DNA of 63,721 bases, filler included, from Octopus bimaculoides (lineage: Eukaryota), in NCBI RefSeq assembly GCF_001194135.2. It is 5 parts of 5 records of this genome, joined end to end, with 100 filler letters (N's around TTAATTAATTAA, not from the genome) between each part and the next. Parts side by side here need not be neighbours in the genome. Positions count along the whole stretch, not along the records: positions 1 to 24,078 come from NC_069000.1; 4 more parts are not named here. The stretch is one strand, 5' to 3'. The notes under the pieces were generated by a model. That model saw nothing but the letters and a program-made list of their open reading frames with translations, did not search any database and was not told where the DNA came from. The translations under genes were made by a program, and so were the position numbers. This document shows positions 11,401 through 24,078 of this stretch, in pieces. The number at the start of each line of letters is the position of its first letter. Within the stretch, counting starts at the first letter, position 1.

Positions 11401-12085
11401 ACTAACTGTGTTACTGTCTCTGTCTCTTACAATTATCCTATCTAAGTAAGACCTATGTGAACCATCGTTATTAGACCACGTCCACTGTGGAACGAGTGGT
11501 TCATCCAGTCTATATCGGTCTACTAGGTGATAGCTTGCTAGTAGCCTTTTTAGGCCAGGACTTCCCTTTCTATCAGTTGAGCCAACACTATCCACTCACG
11601 CATCGAGAGTAGTGTTAAAGTCTCCTGTCAAAACCAGAGTTTTAGACGTCACCAGAAAGCTTTCCAGGTCTTGAAAAAAACCTTTTGTCTATTCTCTTTT
11701 GGAGCGTAGACTGCTATCAACTTGAAGGACTGCTTACTTGCATGTGTCACATCTAGGACGACCAGCCCACCTTCTGGGTCCAGAAAGACTGTACTTACCT
11801 GTACGTCCAAGCTTTTTCTGAACAACACCACCACGCCCCCGCCTCCTCCCCGTCTAGGAGAAATAAATTTCTCATAGTCATTTAGAAGAGGCGAGAATAC
11901 CTGTGGCTTGTTCAACTTGGACTCGGTCACAACACATATATCTATTTTTTGTGACATGAAGTGGTCCAGGAGTCATGTTTGATTCTATTTCAATCCCAGG
12001 CCACGCACATTTATACAACCTAACTTAATCTCCATGGTAAAAGTTAAACGTACTTACTTTTTTAAACTTGGCGAGGGGCTGCACG
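8481..12085 (-). mobile_element. Tx1/L1-clade LINE copy A: near-complete decayed ORF2 (APE endonuclease + RT + zinc finger) and 3'UTR
   Basis: ATG at 12035 (MEIKLGCINVRGLG). APE motifs VTES, GGVVVLF, VYAP, GDFN, WTWSN..SYLDRI, TDH. RT motifs NFRPIT, DQSKAYDRV, IRQGCPLS. Stop about 8688, AATAAA at 8489-8494. Many stops and frameshifts. Confidence 0.93.
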
Positions 12086-13081
12086 NNNNNNNNNNNNNNN
12101 NNNNNNNNNNNNNNNNNNNNNNNNNNNNNNNNNNNNNNNNNNNNNNNNNNNNNNNNNNNNNNNNNNNNNNNNNNNNNNNNNNNNNNNNNNNNNNNNNNNN
12201 NNNNNNNNNNNNNNNNNNNNNNNNNNNNNNNNNNNNNNNNNNNNNNNNNNNNNNNNNNNNNNNNNNNNNNNNNNNNNNNNNNNNNNNNNNNNNNNNNNNN
12301 NNNNNNNNNNNNNNNNNNNNNNNNNNNNNNNNNNNNNNNNNNNNNNNNNNNNNNNNNNNNNNNNNNNNNNNNNNNNNNNNNNNNNNNNNNNNNNNNNNNN
12401 NNNNNNNNNNNNNNNNNNNNNNNNNNNNNNNNNNNNNNNNNNNNNNNNNNNNNNNNNNNNNNNNNNNNNNNNNNNNNNNNNNNNNNNNNNNNNNNNNNNN
12501 NNNNNNNNNNNNNNNNNNNNNNNNNNNNNNNNNNNNNNNNNNNNNNNNNNNNNNNNNNNNNNNNNNNNNNNNNNNNNNNNNNNNNNNNNNNNNNNNNNNN
12601 NNNNNNNNNNNNNNNNNNNNNNNNNNNNNNNNNNNNNNNNNNNNNNNNNNNNNNNNNNNNNNNNNNNNNNNNNNNNNNNNNNNNNNNNNNNNNNNNNNNN
12701 NNNNGTAAGTAAAAGAATTGATGGCGAAACCGGTATGCAATAAATTCTTTATTTTGTATATTTTCATTTGTCTTGCCCGCTTTTGCTCTGGTATTTGCTG
12801 AATTTTTTCTAGAGAACATTATTTTCTTTGTGGTTAGATCGTGGATAATCTCTTTCTTATACGCATGTAATACAATTTTTCTGAATTTTCAGATTTTTTA
12901 TATGCTAGGCCACTGGTTTTAAATTGATGTTAATTAAATTAATATTCAATTTATCACCCTCAGTATATATATATATATGTATATATANNNNNNNNNNNNN
13001 NNNNNNNNNNNNNNNNNNNNNNNNNNNNNNNNNNNNNNNNNNNNNNNNNNNNNNNNNNNNNNNNNNNNNNNNNNNNNNNNN

Positions 13082-13121
<40 letters not shown>

Positions 13122-13175
13122 AACAATAAATACTTACAATTAGTAAGCTACAATTTTTATATATACATATATATA

Positions 13176-14265
13176 CTAGACTACCTGTGACCTGTTGGGT
13201 CACCAATAGTTCAAGGTACCTGAAAAAGCCATGTATCATGGGAGCCCATGGTATGATTTGCGTGAAACTTGTTTTATTCTGTTTGTGTTCACATTTCAAT
13301 GGTACCTTACTGTGATGGTGAGTATCACGTTCTCCCCACTTCCTGTGAGAATGGACCAGCCGAACACATATAATTATCAGCGTGTTTGACTGAGAAGGAG
13401 AGATGAGAAATCGCAGGAAGTCAAATGGTGTTTGTAAGTGCGTGGATTTGCAGGAAATAGTTGAGAAGTTGTTATAGCTTGTTGAGAGTTGTTTATGATT
13501 GGTTACAGTTGTTGGCAGAATATTTGGGAATACATCAAGTGGAGACAGTTGGTGGCTACTCCATTTGGTGGTACTATATATCACACCGTATTAGTGCTCA
13601 ACACTAAGGTGACATATACAGAAACCACATTATAAAACTTACTTTCGGAGTATTTTTCCATTGTGTGCCAGTTTGGCTATTTATAAAGGTACTTGAAAAA
13701 CCGCATATGTTGGGAACCCATGGACTGATTCACATAAAACTTGCTTTATTCCGTTTGTATTCACATTTCTATGGTACCTTACTTTCAAAGTATTTTCCCA
13801 TCATGCACCAGTTTGGCTGTATTAAATTATTGACAAGCATACATACATGCAAGCACAGATGCAAACAAGCATGCAATCATAAAGGTACCCTGAAAAACTG
13901 CTTATCACAGGATCTTGCAGTCTGATTTATGCAAAACTTGTCTTATTCCGTTTGTATTCCCATTTCAGGGTCACCCTTCAGAGAATTTTCCAATCATGCG
14001 CTGGTTTGGCTGTATTAAATTACAGACACAGTAAAGGGCAATAACTCCATTTTCATTGTCTAAATTTGTGGAAACAAATCCCCCCAAAATGTGTATCTCG
14101 GGAACCCGTGGTCTGATTTACGTGAAACTTGTTTTATTCTGTTTGTATTCACATTTCAGGGGTACCTTACTTTCAGAGTATTTTCTCATTATGTGCTGGT
14201 TTGGCTGTATTAAATTATAGACAAGCACACGAGCAAGCAATCACAGAGTTTTAGTAGCATATATA
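13176..14265 (-). mobile_element. Non-autonomous Helitron-like element with internal subrepeats
   Basis: CTAG at 13176-13179 with adjacent hairpin GTGACC-TGTTG-GGTCAC. Four copies of GTGAAACTTG.TTTATTC.GTTTGT.TTC.CATTTCA..GGTACCTTAC (about 13260, 13735, 13930, 14120). 5' end degenerate. Confidence 0.6.
13311..13629. mobile_element. Possible solo-LTR-like insertion interrupting a Helitron subrepeat
   Basis: TGTGAT...ACCACA termini. The Helitron subrepeat breaks after CTTAC (13310) and resumes at CTTAC-TTTC (13638). No clean short TSD. Confidence 0.35.
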
Positions 14266-14417
14266 TATTTAATATTTTGAACTAATAGGTGCATGTCAAT
14301 TGGTGTATTGAAATGTTGAGTAGAGTACTGGCACAGCTTGGGCTACCTGTTGTCATTCGCAGTTGGGGTCTATTTCTATTGGATCTTCTTCAGGAATTCT
14401 GCAGTGTTAGTTGAGAT

Positions 14418-14635
14418 AATCCTTTCTATAATAGGCAGAAGTTCTGAAATTTGGGGGAGGGGATAGTCGATTACATCGACCCCAGTACTCAACTGGCACT
14501 TAATTATTTTTTGACTCTGAAAAGATGAAAAGTAAAGTCAACCTCGGTGCAATTTGAACTCAAAACACAGCAACGGGCAAAATACCGCTAAGCATTTTGT
14601 CCAGCGTACTAACAATTTTGTCAGCTCACCACCTT
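14418..14635 (-). mobile_element. tRNA-related Octopus-type SINE with 15-bp TSD
   Basis: Head AAGGTGGTGAGCTGACAAAATTGTTAG; same family as 42622 and 58722. TSD AGTGTTAGTTGAGAT at 14403-14417 and 14636-14650. Confidence 0.85.
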
Positions 14636-14828
14636 AGTGTTAGTTGAGATGATAATAATTGATTAAGTAACTAGAAGATGGATTTGGTATTAATCTTTAT
14701 TTCCTACAATGATCGTTTTGACCCATCCTGCTACTATCCCTTATGGGTGGGATTCCATTCAACGTGTTGTGTTGCATCTATTTTGCAGCCTGGATTACAT
14801 CAGGTACATCCATACATAAAGTGTCTAT

Positions 14829-15532
14829 GCAAGGCTTGGAATCTCAGGGCCTTAGGGTTAATTTAGCAAAAGCCAAAGTCCTAGTAAGTAGGAAAACAGA
14901 CAAATCACAAGTCCCTTCAGGGAGATGGCCCTACTCGATATGTAAGAAGGGTGCTGCTAGAAACTCTGTATGTTGTACCAAGTGCACATTTTGGATGCAA
15001 GAGGTGTAGCAGTATCACAGGAATGTTAATGGAGAAAATAGTCTTTGTGTGTGGCAGATGTGTGTGTAAATTAGGGACTAAAAATGTGAGGACAATAAAC
15101 TCCCATAAATGCTCAGAGGATCATTAGAAGTAGTAGATAACTTCTGTTACCTAGAAGACCAAGTTAACAGCAGAGAAGGAAGTTCTGAAAGTATAGTTGC
15201 TAGAATAAGAACAGGCTGGGCGAAGTTCAGAGAGTTTCTACCTTTGTTGGTAACTAAGGGTCTCTCCCTCAGTTTGAAAAGCAGGTTGTATGATACCTGT
15301 GTGCATACAGCTATGTTACATGGAAGTGAAACATGGGCTTTGACTACAGAGGACTTGCAAAGGCTTGAAAGAAATGAAGCAATCATATTCTGCTGGATGG
15401 GTAATATCACCATGCATACACAATAGGGTGTAAATGATTTAAGAGGAAAACTGGTATGAGGCATCAGATGTGTGCAAGAGAGAAGACTGAATTGGTTTGG
15501 TCATGTGATGTGTATGGATGAGGACAGCTGTG
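14829..15532 (+). mobile_element. RTE-clade LINE 3' fragment (end of RT and C-terminus)
   Basis: GLRVNLAKAKV..GRWP..IC.KG..NS..C..C..W; LEVVDNFCYL; ARIRTGWAKFRE.LPLL; LYDTCVHTAMLHGSETWA; RL.WFGHV. Confidence 0.88.
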
Positions 15533-15544
15533 TGTGTGTCTGTG

Positions 15545-15730
15545 TTTGTCTCCCACTGCCACTTGACAACTGGTGTTGATGTGTTTATGTCTCCATAACT
15601 TACTGATTCAGCAAAACAGACCAATAGAGTAAGTACCAGGCTGAACAAAAGGAAAAGAAAACAAGTACTGGGGTTAATTCATTCAACTAAAGCTTGCCAC
15701 TGTCTAATGACTGAAACAAGTAAAAGATAT
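15545..15730 (+). mobile_element. SINE fragment of a second family (ends ...TGACTGAAACAAGTAAAAGAT)
   Basis: TGGTGTTGATGTGTTTATGTC...AGCAAAACAGACCAATAGAGTAAGTACCAGG...GACTGAAACAAGTAAAAGA; tail related to 28885-28925. Confidence 0.55.
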
Positions 15731-15989
15731 AAAAGATAAAATATTACTATATCAAATGCACAAGAGACCATTTTGCTATTGTGTTTTATGCAAGCGTATT
15801 TCCCCTATGTTTTTCTTTTTTGTTTATAAGGAGTGCTGGAAGTGCTTTGTGTCATACTATAATGTCAGCCATCACACCTCAGATACCCTTGGAAAAGCTT
15901 CATTACCATATTCAGTAGGCAAGAGCTTAAAATTATAGTATAGTAAGCCAGCTTCTACAACAACAGAGCTTTAACTAGAAGCAGTTTCA

Positions 15990-16470
15990 AGGTGAAAATT
16001 TGTCTGGTTTGTACCCCCTTTCCCTCCTTAAATGTTAAAATTAATATAGGTAACACATTCCTGGCTCTTTTAGATAAGCATTTTCTGGCAAATCATCGAC
16101 ATAAAATATTCAACTGATGTTATATTAAAATCAGCTACAACTGTTTTTCAAACAAGATGGCATCACCAACAAGCTCACCAAATATAGTATTCCATGCTGT
16201 TCATGTAAGAATACTGTACATGCTCTTTAAACTAGATATGTAACATAGTATTTTCTTGCATAGTCGAAATTGCCTCAAACATGTCACATGTTGAATAAAA
16301 AAAAATTACATAGATATTGTTGATGGTAAATTCAAGTGAAGATTTTATAACTACAATACATCCTTCAGGTACATTGATAAACAGACTTTTATGGCATCTG
16401 GAATTTCAGAGAGCTCAACGTGGAGTATATTATCAAGAGGAGATATTTGTACTCTAGTTAGGTTGCATAT
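15990..16470 (+). mobile_element. Degenerate Penelope-like element fragment
   Basis: Translates to WF.PP...NVKINIGNTFLALLDKHFLANHRHKIFN...IKISYNC, resembling the PLE RT-to-GIY-YIG linker. Confidence 0.55.
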
Positions 16471-16599
16471 AAATGCTAGTTAGGTGAAACTGCTGGAGAC
16501 TGGCCAAACTCTGACTGGAGAGGATTGCTGCTGGAAAGCCATATGTATGACAGCAGGATTCAGCTCTTTGCCATACCTCTGGAAAGAGTCAGAAGTGGT

Positions 16600-16865
16600 T
16601 GTTAAGAGAATATCTGCAACTTCACTAACCCCAGTTTCTGGCCTCTTAATTCCCCTGATTGTAATCCCATAGGGACACAGTTGAGAAATATACCAACCAC
16701 TCTGCTTGCAACATCAAGGCTGAATTGGTGGTCAAGATCAAGGAGATGTCTGAAGATCTTCCCAGGGATACAGTGAGGGATGCATACACCAAGTTCTGGA
16801 GCTGACTTGTGGTCATGGTGGAAGCTGAAGGTAGCTACTTTGAGTAAAACTGTTATCTCCCAGCC
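16600..16865 (+). mobile_element. Tc1/mariner (maT-like) transposase C-terminal relic
   Basis: NSPDCNP...TVEKYTNHSACNIKAELVVKIKEMSEDLPRDTVRDAYTKF.S.L..MVEAEGSYFE*. Confidence 0.6.
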
Positions 16866-17507
16866 ATAATCTAGGTGATATATTTTGATTTTTTAAAAAA
16901 TACTCTTATTTTAGGATGGAATAAAGGGCAAGAGTTTAAGGAAGTAGATCCCCAAAGATTTCAACCAGTAACTTCTGTCAAAATAGTACCCACTACAAAG
17001 GAATCTGAGAGTGGAATGTTGATTTCAAGTCAATCCTGGATTTTCATATTGCATTCAAGATTGCAGTTTTTAGATTACTCTAGATAGTTGGTAACAAATT
17101 AAAATAATTTGAGCCAAGGGAGAAAACCATTTTGTCATTGTCAATCAGCTTGGAAAAGTAAATATATCTCTTTAATTTCATTCCTTTACCATTTTAGAAC
17201 GATATATTGTCTTAGATAGCCCTTAAAAAGACAAGTTGATCAAAAGTGGAATACCTTTGATCATGGGTCTAACTAATGAAGATTTGATCTGGGGCCAAGC
17301 AACAGCATGAACCATTCTGTGTTTTGTTACTTTGCGTCCTTACTTATATCTATGTTCCCTCTTTGACCTGCACATCATGAGCAATTTTGCTGTTTTCATT
17401 TCTGCATTTAGTTAAAATACCAACAGATAATTTAGTTCACTGAATAACGAGTAGAAATATACTTTAAGTGTATATAATTATATATGTCACTGTAGTATAT
17501 TTTATTA

Positions 17508-18460
17508 CTAGCTGAGGTACCCAGTAATACCTGGGAGTGGGGATATTCCCAGTACCCATTACAATGCCTAATTTCTCTCAGACGAAAAATGAAATCAAGA
17601 CATAGGACAGATAATAGAAGGCATAAGCAAATTCATTCATGAAACAATAATACAAATAAATACGTGTGGAATCAGAAAATGACAATCGTTTGGTCAGATG
17701 AGTGGAAAGCTGCAACTATATAATCAATGGAAACATCAAGAAGGGAATGTAAACAGCAGGGTGGTTATAAGAGTCGTAAGATGCTATGAAGAGGAAAAAA
17801 AGCATACAAAAAAAATGACGATTTTTGTCATTTTTGGGCAAATTCTCTTGCAACCCGAGAGAAAATTTTTAAGTGCACATGCACTTAATTTGACGACTGT
17901 GTTTCATGGGTATAGTTCCACTGATCGTGAGAATAAGATATCGATTGCAATGGTTTGAACCAACAATTTTAAGTGCAGGTGTTAAGAAAATACATGTTAC
18001 AGCCAGCTGAGAATGCTGAAATGGTTGATGAACATTTTAACCCCACAACAATTTGGGTCAAATTTTATTAATCAGTTAATCAAAAATCATCTTAGGCTTT
18101 GCTTAAGTGGCCTAGGTAAAAATTTTTTTGTCTCAACCCATCCCTAGTGCATATTCCATCTGTGTATAAAAATTTTAAGAAAATCGGTTGAAAACTTTAA
18201 AAGTTACGGCAGAAAATAACATTCATATGAGAGTTTGCATTGAAACGATCTATTAATTTTTGAAAAGTTGTTGCTGATTAAAAATTATTGATTTCTTTTT
18301 TTGAAATTCCAAGTGTGTAAGTGACTGCATGGGCATAAGCCCCACACATGTGTCAAGTTTCATCAAGATCAGTTGGATAGTCTCGGAGGAGTTAAAGTAA
18401 CAAATTCACCAACACACACCCAGCCACAAACAGACAGAAATTGTCATTTATGTATATAGA
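17508..18460 (-). mobile_element. Complete non-autonomous Helitron (953 bp)
   Basis: Minus strand begins A|TCTATATACATAAAATGAC (18460) and ends with hairpin CCCAG-GTATTA-CTGGG then CTAG|T (17511-17508): TC...CTAG termini inserted in A|T. Confidence 0.8.
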
Positions 18461-19547
18461 TTTGACAAGGAAGAAAATGCTTTTTATTCGATTTCATTAC
18501 AGTTTGCTGCAAATAAAATATAAAAGAGATCATTTATTCTCTGTTGATTTCCAATGGGCACCCACTTGTTATTTGTCACGAGAAATTTTTAAAATATCTT
18601 TTTATAGGTGTAAAGATATGAACAGTCAGAGAAATGACCCTGTAGAGGAAAATGTGACTTGAGATATTTCAGCAAAGTCAGTGCAAAGGAATAGAGCTGA
18701 CTCAGTGACAATTGAACTGAGCTGGCATTACATAATGTAGTGTTAGACATTCAGTAAGTATTTACCAATCTGTAAGATTGTCTTCTCTCTTTGTTTTTTA
18801 TTTCTTTTTTCTGATTGCAGTATTGAGTATGGATTTCTTCTAACAGACAAAACCAATTTTAATTGCATTTTATTTAATAAAAATATACATATATACACTT
18901 ATTTTATTGTACTATTAGTGCTTAGAGAACCTAAATGCTACAAAAAGTAGCTAAATTTCCTTCAAACTGCACTTGCCGTCTCAATAAAATGAAGAACAGA
19001 GGTGATATTGTAATACTGGATACACTATTGCTGAAAATAGAAGTGGAATGGTTATAGTAATGACGAAAACTTCTTATCCATGCAGCCAGCCTTGTAATGG
19101 AAAGCAACTGTATGGTGTTTTTGAGTTTCTAAAGTCCATCAGTGATTTTCATTATTAGAAATATTGATAAATGTTTTGAGCAAGTTGTATATGCCTTGGT
19201 TCTGATTCAGTTGCAAAGTAAATTCATTGAAAATGTACTAGATTTTCTAATTTTCTTTTCTTTTTTGTTTGGATCTTAAGTACAAGATGATTTGGCTATA
19301 TCTGAGAGAACTATCTCAAACTCTTGTTTCTTGCACTTTGCTCACTAATCTGTCCTGCCTGGAATAATGAGATTAATTTCTTTTTTTGTTAAATTTCATA
19401 TTCAGACATTTGGTTCAATCTTTTAGACCAATTATTCATTGATTCAGTTGTCTTTCTTTGATGATTGCATACATTTTTGTACATCCGATATTTAAGAGTA
19501 GGGATAAATTTTCTAACAATACCTGTTTTAATGGCCAGAGATAGTGT

Positions 19548-22500
19548 TGTAAGGGTACTGTCCAAGGACTTATGACAGACAAGCTGTAGACAGGAACTTT
19601 TCTGTGGGCTAGCTAGGGAGCTGGTCTGCAGTGAAGTGGACTTTTGGTTAGGTGGGACTTCTTCGAAGCACAAGTTGACCGATGGCCCTTGCTCTCGTGT
19701 TTAGCTAAATGTAACTAAATAAATCGTTTACCAACACACTCTGGTTCTCTGTTGATTTTTTTTGTGTATAGCTTAACTAAAACTATAATTGGTGACCCCA
19801 TAGAAGAACAACATCTTTCACTTCGCACATCAAAGTAAGCAGAAAATCAAAGGAACGTGACAAGTGATCACATAACAACACTGAAGCTACCACAGTTCTG
19901 GCTTAAGAGGGCTGAGCTATGGTTCGCGCAGGTGGAAGTGCAATTTAACATACGCAAAATAACTTCAGACCCAACAAAATATTCACACATAGCAGTGACA
20001 CTGGATGAGGACATGACAACAAATGCTAGACATTTTAACCCAACCCCCAGCAATGCACAAATACACCTTGTTAAAAGATAAACACATTAAAAGATAGGCT
20101 CATGAGCATTCCAGCTGAGTAACTAGGAAGCGGCAGTCAAGATACTGGAGGAAAAATTAGGCGATTCCAAGCCTTTGGAGTTGATAGACAAGATGTTGGC
20201 ATTAGTTCCACTCCAGTGAGTCACCTTCCTTTTTGTTTAGGGAAATATTCCTCTGCAAGTTACAACCCCAGGTCCAGGCTCTCATAACTCAGACTGAGAT
20301 CAAGGACTTGTGGCAGTTAGCAAAAGCAGGTGACAAACACTTTTTATCCAGTGGTGTTACGGTCAATGCCATAGGGTCAGCCCTGAGACATGGTAGTGTT
20401 AAGCAAGACAACCTGCGCTTCTACTACACAAAGTTCAGGGAAAAGGCTACCAGGTATAAACAACCATGTAGCTTCAGGACCCCTTGGCCGGCTGGCTGCC
20501 ACTGAATACTGTGTTGGCTGGCAAACATGATCAACTACTCCTTTATGTCCGCGATTGGAGCTCCAGACATAGATTCTTAATTGACATGAAAGCAGAAGTC
20601 AGCATGATTCCAATGTTGGCAAGGGACCTCCGTTATGGAAAGCAGGGCCAACCTTTAATGGTTGCCAACAGCTCTACAATCAAGGTGTATGGTTGCCACA
20701 TTCTTTCTCTCAATATCGGCCCACAAAAATACATATTGGCATTCACCGTTGCTGATGTCCATCAACCCATTATTGGGCAGACTTTCTTTAAGTACACTTG
20801 CCACTGGTAGATTTGCAGAGGAGACAACTCATCAACAGCAACACATGCTTCCGTGTTTCTTGCAACATCTGCACATGCTGCTCTCTGCATAGCAACCATC
20901 TATCAGACCGAGAATGAATTCTCGAATCTCCTTGTGAGTCGCCCCAACTTCACTACCCTGACATTCTCCAAACCTACAGCCCACCATGGAGTGACACACC
21001 ACATCCCCACCACTGGCCTCCCAATGCACAGCAATGCACATTGTCTATCACCAGATAAACTTGCTATTTTAACCCTTTGGTGTTTAAGCCGGCCATATCC
21101 GGCCCAAATATCCTATATGATTTACATTCAAACTGGCCATATCCAGCCTCTCACACCTAACCTACATTAACAGTCTAAGAATAAACTATCACACCGTCGA
21201 AACTTCAAAGCTGTAAGATAATGTATGATTAATTCAAAACAATTTGAGTGAAAAAAGTATTACAGTTAACAGAGTAATCTGAACACTAAAGGGTTAAAGG
21301 CTGAGTTTGACAATATGTAGGCGTTGGGCATTGTTCGCCTATCAAGCAGTCCCTGGTTGTCACCCTTGCATGTGGCCTTGTGGAGATTACTGCCATCTCA
21401 ACGCAGACACGATACCTGACCACTACCCCATTCTGCACATACAGGACTTCTCAGCCGAGCTAGCCAGGTGTTTGGTTTTCTCAAAAGTCAACCTCATTCA
21501 AGGTTACCACCAAATACCAGTACAAGATGACAATGCACCTAAAACCACTGTGATTACTCCTTACATGATGTACAAATTCCTATGTACACTTTTTGGCCTA
21601 AAAAACACACACAATCCTTCCATCACGTGATGGACACCATGTGCAGGGGTCTTGATTTTGTCTTTGCATACTTAGATGATATCCTTATCACAAGCCAAAA
21701 TGCAGAGCTATACAAGAGGCACCTAGTGACCCATTTTGATAGACTGGAACAGTATGGTCTAGTAATCAACCCCACAAAGTGTGTTTTTGGTGTTACAGAA
21801 ATCGACTTCCTGGGACATCAAATCACAGGTGCTGGTGCTACACCCCTGCCAGAAAAAGTGAAAACTATCTTATCCTTTCCACGCCCCACCACAAGCAAGG
21901 CTCTGCACCAATTTGTGGGCATGGTAAACTTTTACCATCACTTCATCCTTTCCACAGCAAGAGTGATGAAATCTCTATACAAGGCACTGTCAAAAAATAG
22001 TTCAAAAACACAGGTGGAGTGGGTTGGTGTAACGACCTCAGCCTTCAGATTCACAAAACAGGTCCTGGCTAAAGCAACCATGCTTCCCATCCTCATATGT
22101 CAGCTTGCACTGCACTCACAGTTGATGTCTCCGACACAGCCATTGGGGACCACTTGCCTTCTTCAGTCGACAACTACAACCACCTGAACAGAAATACAGT
22201 GCTTTTGACAGGGAACTGCTGGCTGTCTACAAACCACTCACTTTTGCTTTCAGGGCCTTCGTCTGCATGTCAGCAATGACAGTTATCAGCCATTTCTGAG
22301 TACACCACAGACATCCAATACATAACTGGAAAAGACAACCCAGTCACTGACGCATTCTCTTGTGCTCCTACCTGCTATCACACCTACCTAGCCTCAATAA
22401 CGGAAAGCCTGGATTATGAGGCTATGGCTGCAGCCCAACAGACAGAAGATGAGATCAGGGCCTACCAGACTGTCATCATGTCACTTTGCTTGCAGGATGT

Positions 22501-23860
22501 GCACTTTGATTCCAGCGGCACAATCCTGCTTTGTGATGTATCCACTGGAAAGCCATGACTGATTGTCCCATTAGCCTTGCACAGGAAGGTTTTTGACATC
22601 ATTCACGGTACCTGCTGTCAAGCAAATTTATCTGACATGGTATGGTCAAGCAAATTGGGGAGTGGACCAAGACTTGTATTCCCTGTTAACAAGTCAAGAT
22701 CCATCAGCACACCAAAGCACCTCTCGGCAACTATGAACCACCACAGGCCTATTTCAGCCATGTCAACATCGGTCTTGTTGGCTCCCTACCTATTGACCTT
22801 GGTAGACCACTACATTCGGCTTGAGGCTATCCCTCTCTGCAGTACAGAAACACAGGAAGTCAGTTGTGCCTTCATCACAAACTGGATTGCCCATTTTAGT
22901 GTCCCAGACAGCATCTCATTTGATCAGGGCCCATAATTCATTTTGAAGCTGTGGAATGACATATATGACCTTTTTGGAATCACAAAGAAGTGAAGAACAG
23001 CCTACCATCCACAGGCCAGTGGGTTAGTGGACAGATTTCACCACCTCTTGAAGGAATCCTTAACAACTAGACATAATAGGCCCAATTGGATTGATCAACT
23101 TCTATGGGTGATGTTGGGAATCTGCACCACCCCGAAGGAAAATCTCAATACTTCTTCCATGAAAATGGTGTATAGTGCACCACTTACAGTGCTGGGAGAG
23201 TTCCTTCTAAACACAAAGTCAAACCCAGATCTTAAAACATTTATTGTGCAATTGAGAGACAGTGTGGGCCAGTTATGTCCTATTCTCATGTCAACACATG
23301 GTACATTTAAAACATCCGTACCATATGACTTCCACATGGCAAAGTTCATATTCGTTTGACATGACACATAACAAAAACCCTACCAGTCACTGTGTGATGG
23401 TCCATATGAAGTAATATGTCCGGGAGACAAATCATTCCAACTCCTGATTGGTGGATGACAAGACATTTTTTCCATCAATAGGTTGAAACCGGCCCATCTT
23501 GATACTAACAGTCCCATCCAAGTAGCTCAACCACCAAACAGGCTGCCCCAGGTAAATCACACCAACCCTTAGCATTAAACAGTCACCAAAGAGCTGAGTA
23601 ACCACATTCACAGGCAGGACAGTTAAAACGCCTTCCCAGTTCCAATGACAGTCAACAGTTCTGGTTGAGGAGCTATATGTTGGGTACTACCCAAGGACTT
23701 ATGACGGATGAACTGTAGACAGGAACATCACTGCAGACTAGCTAGGGGGCTGGTCTGCAGTGAAGTGGGCTTCTGGTTAGGTGAGACTTCTGGTTAGGTG
23801 AGACTTCTTCAAAGCATGAGTTGACTGATGGCTCTCACCCTCATGTGTTTAACTAAATAT
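19548..23860 (+). mobile_element. Ty3/Gypsy LTR retrotransposon (CsRn1-like gag), decayed near full length
   Basis: 5' LTR 19548-19787; PBS TGGTGACCCC at 19790; gag LKLPQFW...LWFAQVEVQF and (C)FYYTKF..KAT.(C)KQPCSF; protease FLID..AEVS; RT PWPCGDYCHLNA..IPDHYP, FAYLDDIL; integrase HIDLVG-like, FDQGP, AYHPQASGLVDRFH, GPY; PPT at about 23661-23673; 3' LTR 23678-about 23858, truncated. Confidence 0.93.
21073..21293. mobile_element. piggyBac-type MITE (221 bp) inserted in Gypsy RT
   Basis: TTAA TSD at 21069-21072 and 21294-21297. TIRs CCCTTTGGTGTTTA / TGAACACTAAAGGG (12/14 match). Removing it restores RT frame KLAILKAEFDNM. Confidence 0.9.
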
Positions 23861-23870
23861 CTATATATAT

Positions 23871-24078
23871 CATCATCATCATCATCGTTTAACGTCCGCT
23901 TTCTATGCTAGCATGGGTTGGACGATTTGACTGAGGACTGGTGCAACCAGATGGCTACACCAGGCTCCAATCTAATTTGGCAGAGTTTCTACAGCTGGAT
24001 GCCCTTCCTAACGCCAACCACTCAGAGAGTGTAGTGGGTGCTTTTACGTGTCACCCGCACAAAAACGGCCACGCTCGA
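23871..24078 (-). mobile_element. RTE LINE 3'UTR/tail with (GAT)n end
   Basis: (CAT)n-CGTTTAACGTCCGCTTTCTATGCTAGCATGGGTTGGACG...; near-identical to 63481-63650. Confidence 0.75.

Noticed and set aside
12025-12819. Long ORFs spanning N gaps (also 1284-1715, 6073-6739, 34546-35258, 54356-54961)
   Set aside because: Artefacts of translating N runs.
18608-18753. Exon-like segment with TTTTATAG| acceptor and |GTAAGT donor
   Set aside because: Stops in all three frames and no partner exons; at most a non-coding exon.
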